Assembly: GCF_030684315.1 (NCBI RefSeq)
Contig: NC_081362.1
Span: 79,441,018-79,505,017, forward strand
Source of the DNA: Stegostoma tigrinum
Lineage: Eukaryota
Direction: 5' to 3'
Length of the DNA: 64,000 nt
Shown: piece by piece, positions 25,301 to 37,900 of the stretch
Layout of the letters: each line of letters starts with the position of its first letter
Position numbering within the stretch: the stretch's first letter is position 1
The notes under the pieces: generated by a model
Seen by the model: only the letters and a program-made list of their open reading frames with translations
What the model was told of the DNA's origin: nothing
The model's database searches: none
Program-made: the position numbers and the translations under genes

Positions 25301-26129
25301 TAAGGATGTACATCAATCTGTTTTGATTCCTTTGTAAGCCAGGGTAACCACCACACCCATTTTACTTAAAAAAGGAAATACTTTCTAGTTAGCGAGTCAA
25401 CTGTATCACTTTTGCAAGCGATCTTACAACAGTCTTGCGGGTGTGTATTTGTACCCCATGTCTGGACAAATGTGTATACATGTAGGGATGTATGATGTAG
25501 GTCTTCCTGTAGCAGACTGTATTACAAATGATCAATTGTTTTTAAAAGGGATAATGTTTGGAAAGCTGCTATGGCAATGGCTGCAGATCATTTGACCCTT
25601 ATAAGGTCAGAATTGTTTGTCTAATTGTATTTTGCAGTGATAAGCAGGGAAGTCCTAGTACTGCAGAATAGGAAGTGACTTTGTATTTGTGCTGGTCATA
25701 TCCTGGAAAAACTGGGCTTCTTGGTATGTTTTGAAATTTTTTAACTACCGGATGTTTGTTTTCTTTTGGTCACATCGAAATTTATTTGTATAACATTCGG
25801 GCGAGTTATTGTGTGACTTTAATCCTTACATTGTCCATGCTTTCATTTTCCATATTATCATTTTATCCTCAGTTTTCCAGAAAAGTTAGGAAAACATAAA
25901 GTATGTAGAACTGGGACTTATCAGGAGTTACCAGCGAGAAAATCAGTTAACTGTAGAAACTTCTAAGGGGTTTAGGTCAGTGTGAATTAAGACTTTTCTT
26001 TAGGAAACCAGTGAAGACTGACCTTGGGGATTCAACACATATAGAAACTAGAGCCTTAGTTTTGAAAGGTGAATGGGAGTTACTGCCAATATAATTTAAC
26101 AGATGAGTTCAGGTTGCATTTTTTAAAAA

Positions 26130-26482
26130 ATTCTTTTCCTGGAATGAGGCTGTCACTGGTTAGGCAGCATCCCTAATTGCCCATCCCTAGGCCTGTACCT
26201 AATTGCCAAGGGCCACCGCATTGATGTGGCTTTGGAGTCACATGTAGGCCAGACCAGGTCAGGATGGCAATTTTCTTCCCTAAAGGACATTGGTGAACCG
26301 GATGGGTTTTCCAACCATCAACAATGGATTCACAGGCATCATTAGACTGTTAATTCCAGATATTTATTGAATTCAAATTCCACCATCTGCTGTGGCGGGA
26401 TGCAAACCCAGGTCCCAGAATGTTATCTGGGTCTCTAGATTAATAGTCCAGCAATAATACAGCTAGGCCATTGCCTTCCTCT
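26130..26482 (-). mobile_element. tRNA-derived SINE (second family) sharing its 3' tail with the second LINE family
   Basis: Minus strand: ggaaggcaatggcctagctgtattattgctggacta A-box head, gggtttgcatcccgccacag B-box-like motif, ggtctggcctacatgtgactcca core, gggatgggcaattagggatgctgcc tail. Confidence 0.6.
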
Positions 26483-26619
26483 GATATGAGAGGATGACCT
26501 TGACAATGCTGATGGTGGAAAGGAATTGGTTGTTCTGCTGAAGTACTCTTCAACTGTTATAATTCAAGGAAAAGCCTATCATTTCTTCAGCAAAATCAAG
26601 CCATTCTGTGGCTTTACCG

Positions 26620-27262
26620 AAATTGATTCTATCACAATCAGCATCTTGGGAGTTACCCTTGACCAGAAACTGAACTTGATTAACCATATAACTGCTGTGG
26701 CTAAAAGAGCAGGGGGTACGAGAAGTTACTCACTTCCTGACTTCCCCCTATAATCCTGTCCACCATCTTCCAGACAGACACCAGTGATGTAATGGAATAC
26801 TCCAGTGTTTGCCTGGATGAGTGCAGCTGAAGAAGCTTGACACCATCAGATCAAAACAGCCTGCTTGATTGGCACCACATCCATAAACATTTCTTCCCTT
26901 CACCACGAGTGCATTGTAACAGCAATGTATACCATTTATCAAGATGCAACGCTTACGTAGCACCTTCTGAATCCTCAACCGTTATTGTCTAGGGGAACAA
27001 AGACAGCTGATACACGGGAGCACCACCATTTGCAAGCTCCTCTCCAAACGCTCACCACCGTTATGGGAAAGTACACAATCGTTCCCTCAGTCTCACTGAG
27101 TCAAAACGCTGACATTCCCTCTGCAACAGGATCTTAAGTGTACTTACGTGAGTGCACTGCAATGATCAAAAAGACAGCTCACCAAAACCTCTACCTCAAA
27201 GGCAACTACTGATGAAAAGTGAATGCTGACTCAACCAGTGAAGCTCACATTCTTTGACTGAA
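26620..27262 (+). mobile_element. Second-family LINE 3' fragment
   Basis: SILGVTLDQKLN.INHITAVAKRAG; gcctggatgagtgcagct..gcttgacaccatc..gcctgcttgattggcacc. Confidence 0.7.
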
Positions 27263-27698
27263 TTTTTAAAAAATTTGGATTCTGAATTTTCCCCATTTCT
27301 GAAGAAAATGTAACGACCTTAAACCCTTGGTGCCTTCCTCACATGTTACTGGTGTTGATTGGAAATGGATGTTAGGAGTTTCCAGTAGATTTGCATTAAA
27401 CCAGATGAATAGTTATTTAGAATAAGGCTCCTGATTGTTTATATTTGATCATGAATTATCAAACCAACAAATTACACCACCTTTTTCTTTGCATTTGAGT
27501 CTCCCAACAAAGTTTGTGTGTCGGTTTGTATCCACCATTAACATGGCATCTGGGATTCATTAGTACTTGATAGGTGGTAAAGGGCAACCTCTGAAACCAT
27601 TTTTAATTTCAAAGATTTAGTATCAATTCAAATTACATATTGCTAAAAAAAATCGCAAAAAATTTACATTGAAAAGATCTTGATTTGTAATATGTCCT

Positions 27699-28029
27699 GG
27701 GGTGGTACAGTGACACAGCAGTTAGCACTGATGCCTCACAGTACAGGGGTTCCAGCTTTCGGAGATTGTTTGGAGTTTGCATTCTTGTCATGTCTGCATG
27801 GATTTCTGTTTGTTCTCCACCCACAGTCCAAAGGTGTGCAACTTGGGTGGATCGGCTGTGCCAAATTGTCCTGTGTTGTCGTAGCGGGGTTAGCTAAGGT
27901 AAATAAGGTAACGGGGATATGGTGGAGTTGAGAGTATGGGTTTGGGTGGGATGCCCTTCAGAGGGTCAGTGTAGACTTCATGAACTGAATGGCCTCTGTC
28001 TGCACTGCAGGCATTCTGTGATTCTATGA
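27699..28029 (+). mobile_element. HE1-like V-SINE
   Basis: ggtggtacagtgacacagcagttagcactgatgcctcacag head, tggagtttgcattcttgtcatgtctgcatggatttc..cccacagtccaaaggtgtgca V-domain, tgaatggcctctgtctgcactgcaggcattctgtgattctatga tail. Confidence 0.8.
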
Positions 28030-29350
28030 AAGCAATCAATTTAGGGTTTGTGTTTTTAGATGTGATGCAGTAATTCCCAAAAGCTTTATAATTTATTCCA
28101 CATGCAATTTAAACATTGGCACTGAAGTAGTAGCAACTGTGCACCGTGCCACATATAGTCTCTGTCCGTGCTGGAGTGAAACCCCATGTGTTGATGCCAA
28201 ATTTAATGCTTCCACGCTTTTTAATCCGTTCCAGTAGTTTGATGCATATAGAACAAGTATGGCACAACAGTAAAATTGAGCATGAAATAAATAAATATAA
28301 CATTTTGAATTGTTGATAGACTAAGACAAAATCAAATCAGCTATTTATTGGAACTTCATTGGAAATTGATGTGCAAGAGAGACAGCAATCTAAATTGGTA
28401 CATTAGAAAACAGTGTTATTTTAGGTTATTTTACTCCTGAATGATGTCTGACAATAATGAGCTCCATATCTGAATATGACAGCAAACACATTGAGAAGTG
28501 AGAACCATTAAATCAGGCCCACTGTTCTGTCTAACCCTGAGAATTCCGATTGTCACCTTTCTAACAATGCCAGTCTCTGCTTTGCTTTCTTTATTGAACC
28601 TCCTAATTCTGCTGCATTCACTTCTTAGATCTTTACATGCAGCAGTTCAGCTTCAACTAGTATGAGCTTTTGTTGGCATAGTGTATCATACTCTCTTGCT
28701 TTCATGAATAAATATAATTAATACCGTGAACGAAAAAAATGTTAGCAAAGCCAATGAGTTTGAAGGCTGAATATTCCCCTGAACCTGATGCGATGCATAC
28801 AAGGATATTAAAGGAAGCAGCTATACAGATAGTGGATTCACTGCTAATAAGCTTCCAAGAATTCTTAGGTTTTGGAAAAATTCCAGAGGATTGGAAAACC
28901 ATGTTTACACCTTTAAAGAAAGGAAGGAGTCAAGAAAGCAGGTAAATCTAGGCCAGGTAGCATAATGTCTGTTATTGGAAAAATGTTCCAGTCATAGGGG
29001 ATGCAATATATGATACATAAAGGTGCAATAGAAGATGGAAAATTGGCTAACTAATAGAGAGTTGGGATTAGGGAGCATTTCAGGATGTCAACTTGTAACA
29101 CACGGAGTGCCACAGGGATCATTGCTGGGACCACAATTATTTTACACTGATTATTAATGATATGGATGAGGAAAGTGAAAGTACTATAGATGCATTTGCA
29201 GATGACACAAATTTAGGTGGGAAGGCAGGTGCTGTAGATGACACAGAGAGACAACAGAGGGATATAGACAGCTTAAATGAATAGGCAAAAACTTGGTAAA
29301 TGGAATCTTGTGGGAAATGAGTGTCTGTATTTTGATAGGAAGAACATAGA

Positions 29351-29671
29351 GTAGATAGCCAGAGACTTTTCCTCAGGGCGGAAATAACTATTACAAATGG
29401 GGAATAATTTTAAGGTGATTGGAGGAAGCTGTAGGGGAGATCTCGGAGTTAGGCTCTTTACAGGAGAGTGATGGGTACGTGGAATGCACTGCTGGTGGTG
29501 GTAGTGGAGTCAGATACATTAGGGTCATTTTAAGCAACTCTTGGATAGGTGCATGGATGATAATAAAATGTAGGGTATGCAGGGTAGTTGATCTTACACT
29601 AGGATAATAGGTCGGCACAACGTCGTGGGCTGAAGGGCCTGTACTGTGGTGTGCTGTGCTGTTCTAAGTTC
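29351..29671 (+). mobile_element. HER1-type LINE 3' end nested in CR1
   Basis: VDSQRLFP.AE..ITN; ggtcggcacaacgtcgtgggctgaagggcctgtactgtg..gttctaagttc tail, as in the 56388 family. Confidence 0.85.
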
Positions 29672-29816
29672 CAGCAGAAAGTTACAGCACAGGGGATTTA
29701 GAAGTCCTCATTCGTAAATTACAAATAGCTAGCAGGAGCATGTTCAGTGGGTGATAAGGGAAGGGCATTAGAATGTTGGCCTTCATTCCAATGTGACACA
29801 AGTGTAAAAATAGAGA

Positions 29817-30025
29817 TGTGAGGCTGGATGAACACAGCAGGCCAAGCAGCATCTCAGGAGCACAAAAGCTGACGTTTCGGGCCTAGACCCTTCATCATCT
29901 GATGAAGGGTCTAGGCCCGAAACGTCAGCTTTTGTGCTCCTGAGATGCTGCTTGGCCTGCTGTGTTCATCCAGCCTCACATCTTATTATCTTGGAATCTC
30001 CAGCATCTGCAGTTCCCATTATCTC
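29817..30025. mobile_element. Young fold-back PLE pLTR unit with perfect 84-bp arms and an intact hammerhead at 29899-29926
   Basis: 29814-29897 is the exact reverse complement of 29900-29983 with a 2-nt spacer; perfect TSD tgtaaaaatagaga at 29803-29816 and 30026-30039. Confidence 0.93.
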
Positions 30026-31641
30026 TGTAAAAATAGAGAGGTTTTGCTAAAATGATACAAAGCAGTAGTCAGACCAAGGCTGGAAAACTGTGAATAGTTT
30101 TGGGCCCCATACCTAAGGAACGATATATGGACGTTGGAGACAGTCCTGGGAAGGTTCACAAGGCTGATTTCTGGATATGCAGGGCCCATCTCAAGGGAAG
30201 AGGTTGACTATGATAGACGTGTACTCATTGGAACTTAGAAGAATGAGAAGTGACCTTATTGAACCACACAAGACTCTTACAGGGCTTGTCAGCATATTTG
30301 TACAGAGGTTGTTTCTCCTTTGTTGGAAAGACAAGGACCAGCAAGCGTAATCTCACAGTAAAGGACTGCTTATTAAGGCAGAGTTGGGGAAGATTATTTT
30401 TTCTGAGGTTAGTGAATCTATGGAATACTTACTACAGAGGCCATAGGCCTGGGTGTTAAGTATATTCAGGGCTGAGATTGCTAGATGCTTAATCAATAAG
30501 GGAACCAAGGATTATGGGGAAAATAAACAGGAAAGTAGATTTAAGAGTTGTAAAATCAGCCATGATCTCATTGAAGGACAGAGCAGACTTGATGAGCTGA
30601 GTTGCCTACTTCTGCTCCTATGTCTTATAGTCCTTTCTCTCTCAAAATTCCACCTCCCAGTTGGTGAGTTTGAAATATTTATCCTCATTTATAAATTTCA
30701 CATACTGTTTACCCTCGTTCAAATGTCATATTAAACTCTAATCAGGTGTTTATTTCCACCTCATCATTAGCAGAAGACCTTTTCTGTCATCTAGCCCATG
30801 TATTCGAACACTGTCTGTAAATTCATCTGATGCTTTCCAACTTCAGAAGTTTGCTGCACCTCCAAACTTTGGTCACATCTCTTAATTGTAATGTTGATTA
30901 TTGTTCATCTCTTCTCTGAGATACCTTGGAATACCTTCTGCAATAACTGTGCTATTATAAATGCTTGTTCTGTCAGCAAATTATATGTAACGTTAAATAT
31001 CTAAAATATTTCAAAGGTTCTTGAGTGTGCATACATTTTAGTGGCACCTTTCGGTTTTCAAGATGCCCCAATTTGAGCTATACTGTAGGCCATTCAAGGA
31101 TTCATTACTTTTCTTGGTTGCTATATGTAACTAGAGGAAAAAAAAATTTTGTTTAAGGAAATTACCTAGTTGTAAATAATGAGCATTTGAGGCATAAGTC
31201 GACACACGTAGGATTATTTTTTCTGCAAAATTATCCCCTACTTCTCTGAGATTATCAATGCAAAATGGTGACAGTTTTATGCGATCACTAAGAATTTGAT
31301 TGCAATTTTACGTCAATTGGCAAACGGAAAAGCTTCAGCAAAACATGTCCAAAATCTCAATGTATATGTCAATATACTATAATACCAGTATTTATTAACA
31401 TATCAATGTACTACCAGATATATTTTGATGTACTTATAAACCTAACTATTATTATATACACTTTTAATTAGAAGGAAACAGCTTTTGGGTATTTGTTGTG
31501 ACAGTGATTAAAAACAAGGCCATTCATCATGTCTAAAAGTTTTTAGAGAAAATCCGTGTTGTTGAGTCACACTGAAGGTAACTTGTTTATCAGATTAGGA
31601 AAATTTGGCATCTGTAAATATCTAATCTGTTTTTATTTTAG

Positions 31642-31780
31642 TTCCCAGAATGTGGCTTTTTTGGAATGTATGACAAGATCTTACTCTTTCGCCATGACCT
31701 CAGTTCTGAAAACATCCTACAGAGGTTGATATCAGCAGAAGAAATTCATGAAGGTGACTTGATTGAGGTTGTCCTTTCTG
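31642..31780 (+). CDS. PRKD3: Internal coding exon of serine/threonine protein kinase D3 (N-terminal region upstream of C1a)
   Basis: Translates [46 protein letters not shown] plus 1 nt. From memory this matches the PKD-family N-terminal exon; GFFGMY and EIHEGDL favour PRKD3 over PRKD1 (GFYGMY, DIQEGDL). Acceptor ctaatctgtttttattttAG has a CTAAT branch-like motif; donor is G|GTAGGT; 139 bp, phase 0 to phase 1. Confidence 0.88.
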
Positions 31781-32059
31781 GTAGGTAGCCGTACTAACTA
31801 ATTTAATTTGCCGCAGTTGTGAACTTTGGACTTAAAGTTGCCGTTTGCTTCTTAATTGCACATAGGATTTATGTAACACTTTAAGTTATCCTTTTACTTT
31901 GTTATTTTGGTGAGACAAGGGCTCCATCTTCACAATATTTTTGCCGTAAGGAGACACTCTATGATGTTTTCTCTATTGTACAAAGGTAATGTTTTCTGGT
32001 ATTCACATTCTTCTTTGCAGGTTAAATGAACAAGTATTTTTTGTAGCGGGTATTGGTTC

Positions 32060-32800
32060 TGTAAGCAATGCCAAATACTGTTGGGAGTGATTTGAGGAAA
32101 TGCAAGTTTGTTTAGAAGTTAATCAAATTGCTTTTTTTAAGTGTCATGTGTATTGGTATTATGGTTTTAAGAGGTGTATTTTGTCCTTTTGGTTTTGAAG
32201 GTAGGTTGCAAATGAGGTGTAAAGCAGTCTGTTCAAAGCCAGTAAACAGCCTTTGTAAGGCCTTGGCTTTTTAAAAATTGGAACAATAGAAGCACCTTAA
32301 ATGGGTGCGGCCAATCTGCCACAGATTTTTAGTTTTAGCCTTCAGCGGTTGCGGGAGTCTTAAAGCTGGTTGTGGAAACTCTTATTCTTCTGTTTGTTAC
32401 AGCTAAAAGCTGTGTTCTCTTCCTGCTGGTAGAATTGCATGCAAGACTGTCCATTTTACTGAATTTGCCTTTGCCAAGGGTGTTATCATGGGACTTTACT
32501 ACATTGGAACAGTTAATTAGCAGTAATTACATATGTTATTTTGTCGAACATTTCAATAGACTTACAGTTAAGCCAATTCTTTTGTTTATATTTTGTCTGT
32601 ATTTTAACTGTAGCGTAAAAATAAAGTGTTTTACTTGAAGTTGAGTAGTTTGACGAATTAAATTGCATCTGGAGCACAATGCCTTAAACTTAACTTTAAA
32701 TAAAAGGTTATGGTCTTTGTTCATCCAACCCCACACTTTGTTATCTTAGTGCTTAGGCTGTCGTCTTAATACTTTGAGGAGTTTGTTCTCGTTCATAACG
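32060..32800 (+). mobile_element. Probable solo LTR containing a ~30 bp PLE pLTR fragment at ~32719-32748
   Basis: Starts TGTAAG, has AATAAA near 32620, ends gttcataac; internal gttcatccaaccccacactttgttatctt matches the pLTR. Confidence 0.4.
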
Positions 32801-33379
32801 CATGTTTAGAATAAGTCTTGTTAATTAAATCCCCATTGATTAGTTAGATTGAGTTGACTTTGATTGCCTCTGACTTGACTGATTTTGGCAATAATGGCTG
32901 TTTGAGAAATAGTTTCCAGGGTGAATTATTTTTGGACCCTGTGCAGAATAAATTGCAAAACCCAGTAATAGGCACTTCACTGATGTGGTCAGTGTTTGAG
33001 TTTGGAATATTAAAAAGAAATCGATGGGTTGAAAGACTTCTTCTATGCTGCCTGACTCTATGAAGTCAGGTTGGCTTGCTGGAACACTGTTTAGGAAACC
33101 ATTCTTTTTTGGAAAGAAAATATAGCTTTATGATCTTCTCATTCCAACAATATTGTATGCAAGCGGCTAATATAATTCCACTGAATTTCAGCAATCGAAG
33201 CCTGTATTGAGAAAAATTTGCCCAAACTCAACTTTGTAAAAGTAGTACCTCTCCAAAATATTAGCACAACTTGGAAACCTTTACATTTTCATTTAATTAG
33301 ATGGTATATTTCTCTGTAGTGATCTATTTTGTATGCATTTCATTCAAGTTCCCTATAAGCAAATGGTTCTTAATGTTGT

Positions 33380-33607
33380 GATCAGAGATAATGGGAACTG
33401 CAGATGCTGGAGAATCCAAGATAACAAAGTGTGGGCCTAGATGAACACAGCAGGCCAAGCAGCATCTCAGGAGCACAAAAGCTGATGTTTCGGGCCACGC
33501 CCTTTGTCAGAAAAAAAGAGGATTGAAGGGTCTAGGCCTGAAACCTTAGATTTTGTGCTCCTGAGATGCTGCTTGGCCTGATGTGTTCATCCAGCCACAC
33601 ACTTTGA
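33380..33607. mobile_element. Fold-back PLE pLTR unit flanked by an inverted 16-bp duplication
   Basis: Reversed pLTR plus forward pLTR; tggttcttaatgttgt at 33364-33379 is the exact reverse complement of 33608-33623. Confidence 0.85.
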
Positions 33608-34435
33608 ACAACATTAAGAACCAAGATAACAGAGTTTAAAATAGTCACGACCTGTACTTTTGCTGTAAGTTGTTTTAAGAAAGTTAAATGTAAAAGTTTT
33701 TGTTTACTTCCTTTTGTCATTGTGAATTCCTGTTTTTATCCCTGCACTTGCCAAACTTGTCATGACCAGACCCCAGATAAGGATCATAATTCTTTACATT
33801 TCCAGACGCAATATGCCAACCTATTGAGCTCCTGGGTGATGAGGGATGAACCAGCTCCCTTTTTATTCACCTACCCCTCAGTTAGTCATGACAAAGTTAA
33901 TTTAGAAAGGTTCCTTTCTCTTGTGGGCATCTTTCTTCCCAACCCAAATAATCTTGTGTTTTAATAGGAGTCAATGTCCCAGGCTTTCCTGAATTAACAA
34001 AGTGTGAGATTAGTAAATACTAAATATGAGAAGAATCAGTATAGACTAGAAATGAGAGTCCAAGAAGATAAAAGTTTAAAAACTCTGATATATTGATCAT
34101 GAAGAGTGTGTTTTTGAATATTGCAGCCATTGCGATGAAGGGTAACCGGTAGTTTGGATACCTTTCACTTTGGTTGAATTCTCGCATTCAGGATACAGGA
34201 GAGTGCTTTGTTATCCTGTTTCCTTTTTTACCGATTTTTAGCAGTGTTATAGAGGGTCTTTACTCGCAGCACAGGCAACTAGGGGAAAATTCTTTAACTG
34301 TTACCTTCATGCTAATACAAACCTTAGCCTAATACGTGTAAGAGCATTCAATCCCACCAACTCAGTGTAGTAACTGTCTTTTTAATCTCTGTCCTTGTGC
34401 ATTCTTCAAAGTGAAAACATCAAATATGCATGTAG

Positions 34436-34533
34436 AGATAACGAGGTGTAGAGCTGGATGAACACAACAGGCCAAGCAGCATCAGAGGAGCAGGAAAGCT
34501 GATGTTTTGGGCCTAGACCCTCCTTCAGAAAAG
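34436..34533 (-). mobile_element. Solo PLE pLTR fragment with degenerate hammerhead
   Basis: Reversed pLTR ending gcctagaccctccttcagaa; TSD aaa(t/c)atgc(a/g)tgtag at 34422-34435 and 34534-34547. Confidence 0.8.
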
Positions 34534-34696
34534 AAACATGCGTGTAGTTTGGGACAAAATCCAAAAGGGGTGGATTTTAGTTGAACGGTGTTTTGTCAGC
34601 TCCTTACTATCTCAGTAGTCACAGGAGATTACGGTCCAGTTTGTTTGAAATTTTTTTGATCTCTTTTAAACGTTGTATCCTATGTTCAAAGGACAC

Positions 34697-34769
34697 AAGA
34701 TAATAAAATGTGAGGCTGGATGAACACAGCAGGCCCAGCAGCATCTCAGGAGCACAAAAGCTGACGTTC
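34697..34769 (-). mobile_element. Solo PLE pLTR fragment
   Basis: aagataataaaatgtgaggctggatgaacacagcagg..gagcacaaaagctgacgtt; stops a few nt past the predicted cleavage site. Confidence 0.8.
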
Positions 34770-36185
34770 CATTTTTTTGCAAACTGCACTTATGGTCTCT
34801 CTAGCAATCCTCTCTTTAAAAAATACGTTTTCGAATTAGAGTTAAAAAACATGTCCAAAATGCTTTGCAGTTCTGACCTGTCATCGCAACAAAACTGCAA
34901 CTATTTATTCATGAGAGTGAGAGTACATTGTTCTCTGTCTGACTGGGTATTTGGGCCATATGCTACTGTTGGTTTTACGAATTTCATGACTGAAATTAGC
35001 AAGCTGTGCAGTCCAGTCAACTCCTATTCCCGTGGATTGGAGTTGAAGAATTGAGGCCTCTTAACTGGATATTCGGAAGAGCTATGAAATAAGCCAACGG
35101 GTAGAAGCAACACATGAAGCACCAAGTTCTTCCAGTGTTCTGATTAATCAGATGTAACTAAACGTGCATTTAGGGTGAGAGTGGAGAATGATGGAAAGAA
35201 AGTGGATGATAGTGATATTTCCTGCCTAGATGCATTGACCTTTTACAGCTTGCCTGCATAAGGATGATAACCCCAACTGAACTAATTTTTACTGTCAATT
35301 AAGTCGTACATGATAGCTACTGAAGTTTGTATCAGGTATCTTAAGACAACTTGGTGGTATCTTTAAGGAGTGATGTTGCCAAGCCCTGATGTACATTCCT
35401 ACTTTCTCACAGAGATTGATTGTTACATCTTATTATTGACATGCCAGGCCTCATGCCTTCAAATGTGTTTAAAGAATTATTACTTACCTTGCTGTCTATT
35501 CACTGTTGAGGTTGAAGTGAAAGTCCTAATTATTGTTATAGTTGTTGCAACTATTGTTGGATGCAGTATGGACCTTCGAATGGCTAATCATATCATTTAA
35601 CATTAGCTTTATGCGGCAGGCAGTTCCAGAACCAGGTCTCCCATAAAAGACTGTGGTGGTACTCTCATCCCATTTAGAGAAAAATGTTTGAGATTTCAAC
35701 ACATTAACTTGCTGTTGATGTACAATTGATGCATAGCAGAGAATTAAGTAAGAGAATTTGCCAAAAATCGCATTTCTAATCAACTTAAAATGTATGGAAA
35801 TTTTCAACACATACTTCTCCTGTACAAGGAGTTGGCCCTAGTTTTCAGTCATGTGTTTAATGGCAGATATTGTAGAAGTAGGAACATAAATTGAGGTTTT
35901 GTTGTAGGGAATGTGTATGGATCTTTTGGAATGATATCCTTAATGAATGAATTGATCATATATTCACCGAAAGGTCATTTTTATTGATGTTCTTCTCATT
36001 GCCACAAGCTCCTTTCTCTGTTGACGCTCAACTTTAGAAATAAGGAGGGGTGAAGAAGTGATGACTTTTGTGCAGTAAAAAAAAATAGGGAAATGGAACG
36101 GAGTGGAATGTCGGGGAAAGGTTAAAGAATGAGAGAGATTAGAGATCAACAGTGTAACATTACAAAATGCAAGGGGAATGATATT

Positions 36186-36515
36186 TCATAGAATCATAGA
36201 ATTCCTACAGTGTGGAAACAGGCCCTTTGGCCCAACTAGTCCACACCGACCCTTGGAGCATCCCACCCAAACCCATCCCCCCCAAAAACCCACCTAATCT
36301 ACAGACCCCTGAACACTACAGCCAATTTAGCATAGCCAATCCAGTTAACCTGCACACCTTTGGACTGTGGAAGGAAACTGGAGTACCTGGAGTAATCCCA
36401 CACAGACAGGGGAGAATGTGCAAACTCCACACAGACAGTCGCCCGATGGTGGATTTGAACCCGGGTCCCTGGCACTGCGAGGCAGCAGTGCTAATCACTG
36501 AGCCGCCATTCCTCC
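36186..36515 (-). mobile_element. HE1-like V-SINE, well preserved
   Basis: Minus strand: ggcggctcagtgattagcactgctgcc (A box), gggttcaaatcc (B box), V-domain, gggccaaagggcctgtttccacactgtaggaattctatgattctatga tail. Confidence 0.88.
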
Positions 36516-36519
36516 CTTT

Positions 36520-36715
36520 AACCTTTGATTCTCCCATTGATCTAAAATCTATCCAACTCGGCCTTCAATATTCACAAAGGCTGTGGTCCCAGAGTTCTGT
36601 ATGGCAAGGAGTTCCAAAGACTCAACTCAGAAAAAATTTTTCCTCATCCCAGTCTTAAACTGGCACCACTTTATTCTGAGACTATGCCTGCTGGTCTTAG
36701 ACTCTCCCATGAGGG
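36520..36715 (-). mobile_element. CR1 3' fragment
   Basis: aaaatctatccaactcggccttcaatattc..ttttcctcatcccagtcttaaa..cttagactctccca is the reverse of the ORF2 end. Confidence 0.6.
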
Positions 36716-37574
36716 CAAGCGACACAGATCTACATTAGGTGTTAATAGCAGAATATAAATCAGTGTTCACTGACCTGGAGGAGTACCACCTCACTTTCTG
36801 CCTTATTACTTTATCATCTTCTGACCTTTAAATGGAATTTAATAGACTCTTTCTCTCATGCTGAATTTCTCCAACATTTTGTTTTCATTTCAGATCTCCA
36901 ATATCTGCAGTATTTTGCTTTTGACTATATGTACATCCACCCTGAAAGGGAAAATTCTTAATCCTCAAAAGACTAAACGAGTCTTAGATTTCTTTATTTA
37001 AGCATTTGTTCATGCATGTATGGGAAGTAAGGCATCAAAAATGGTGCGCAATTCTCCAATTTTGTATGAAGCCTTTATACTATTTTTACAGATATGTTTC
37101 TGAATAAAGTCGTGTTCATTCTGCTCTACATTCCAAGTTAGTACACTTGACTTTATTATTTAGTCATTTTCAAATCGGTACACATGTTCACACCTAACTG
37201 TATGTACATACTTAGAGATTATCAAAATTTTTTACCTTGATTCAAATCCCTTCCAATCCCTTTTTTGTCAAAATTCCATGGCCTGTAAGAGAAATGTTGC
37301 TTTTAGTTTTCCCTTAAAGGTTTAAGAAAACCTATGTATTGTGGTAGAATTCATCTACTGCAGCCATCAAGAATTTTAGCTGATAGTGAACAAGTGTTAA
37401 GCACAGGACTATCAATGCTGTGTGATGAGACAAAGTGCTGGAGAAACACACGAGGTCTGACAAAATCTGACATCCTGCTGTACCACAATACTTAATGTTC
37501 AATCTTGGCAAAATTTCTGCACTTCAGTGTCAGCCCTGTGCCATGCAGTAGTAGATTTTGCTAAGCACTTCATT

Positions 37575-37900
37575 GGAACAAGAGTAGGCCATTCAACCTG
37601 TTGTGCTTGTACCACCATTTAATACGGATAATCCTTTATGCAATTCATAATCAGAAATCTATCAATTCTACTTTGAGCATTCTTAAATACTGAGCTTCCA
37701 TAATCCTCTAGGATCATTGGAAGGTTCCAATGTTTCACAACCCTTTGAACTATTTTAAAAAACATTCTTTTTATCTTGGTCCCAAAAGGCATCCGCCTTA
37801 TTTTTAAATTATGCCCTCCTGATTCTGGACGCCCCAAACATTGTGAAACATCTTACTTACATCTACCCTGTCTATTCTTTCTAAGTATTTTGTAGGTTTC
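37575..37900 (-). mobile_element. CR1 3' fragment
   Basis: Minus strand GGHNLKIRRMPF.TKIKRMFF..QRVVKHWNLP...IDRFL. Confidence 0.7.

Larger units (their letters stand above)
28735..30632 (+). mobile_element. Decayed CR1 LINE ORF2 hosting two nested insertions
   Basis: SPEPDAMHTRILKE..GKIPEDWK, GVPQGSLLGPQLF and FADDT motifs; interrupted at ~29351-29671 and 29817-30025. Confidence 0.85.

Noticed and set aside
36440-36515. tRNA gene
   Set aside because: The A/B boxes belong to a SINE head joined to a V-domain and LINE tail; no complete cloverleaf.
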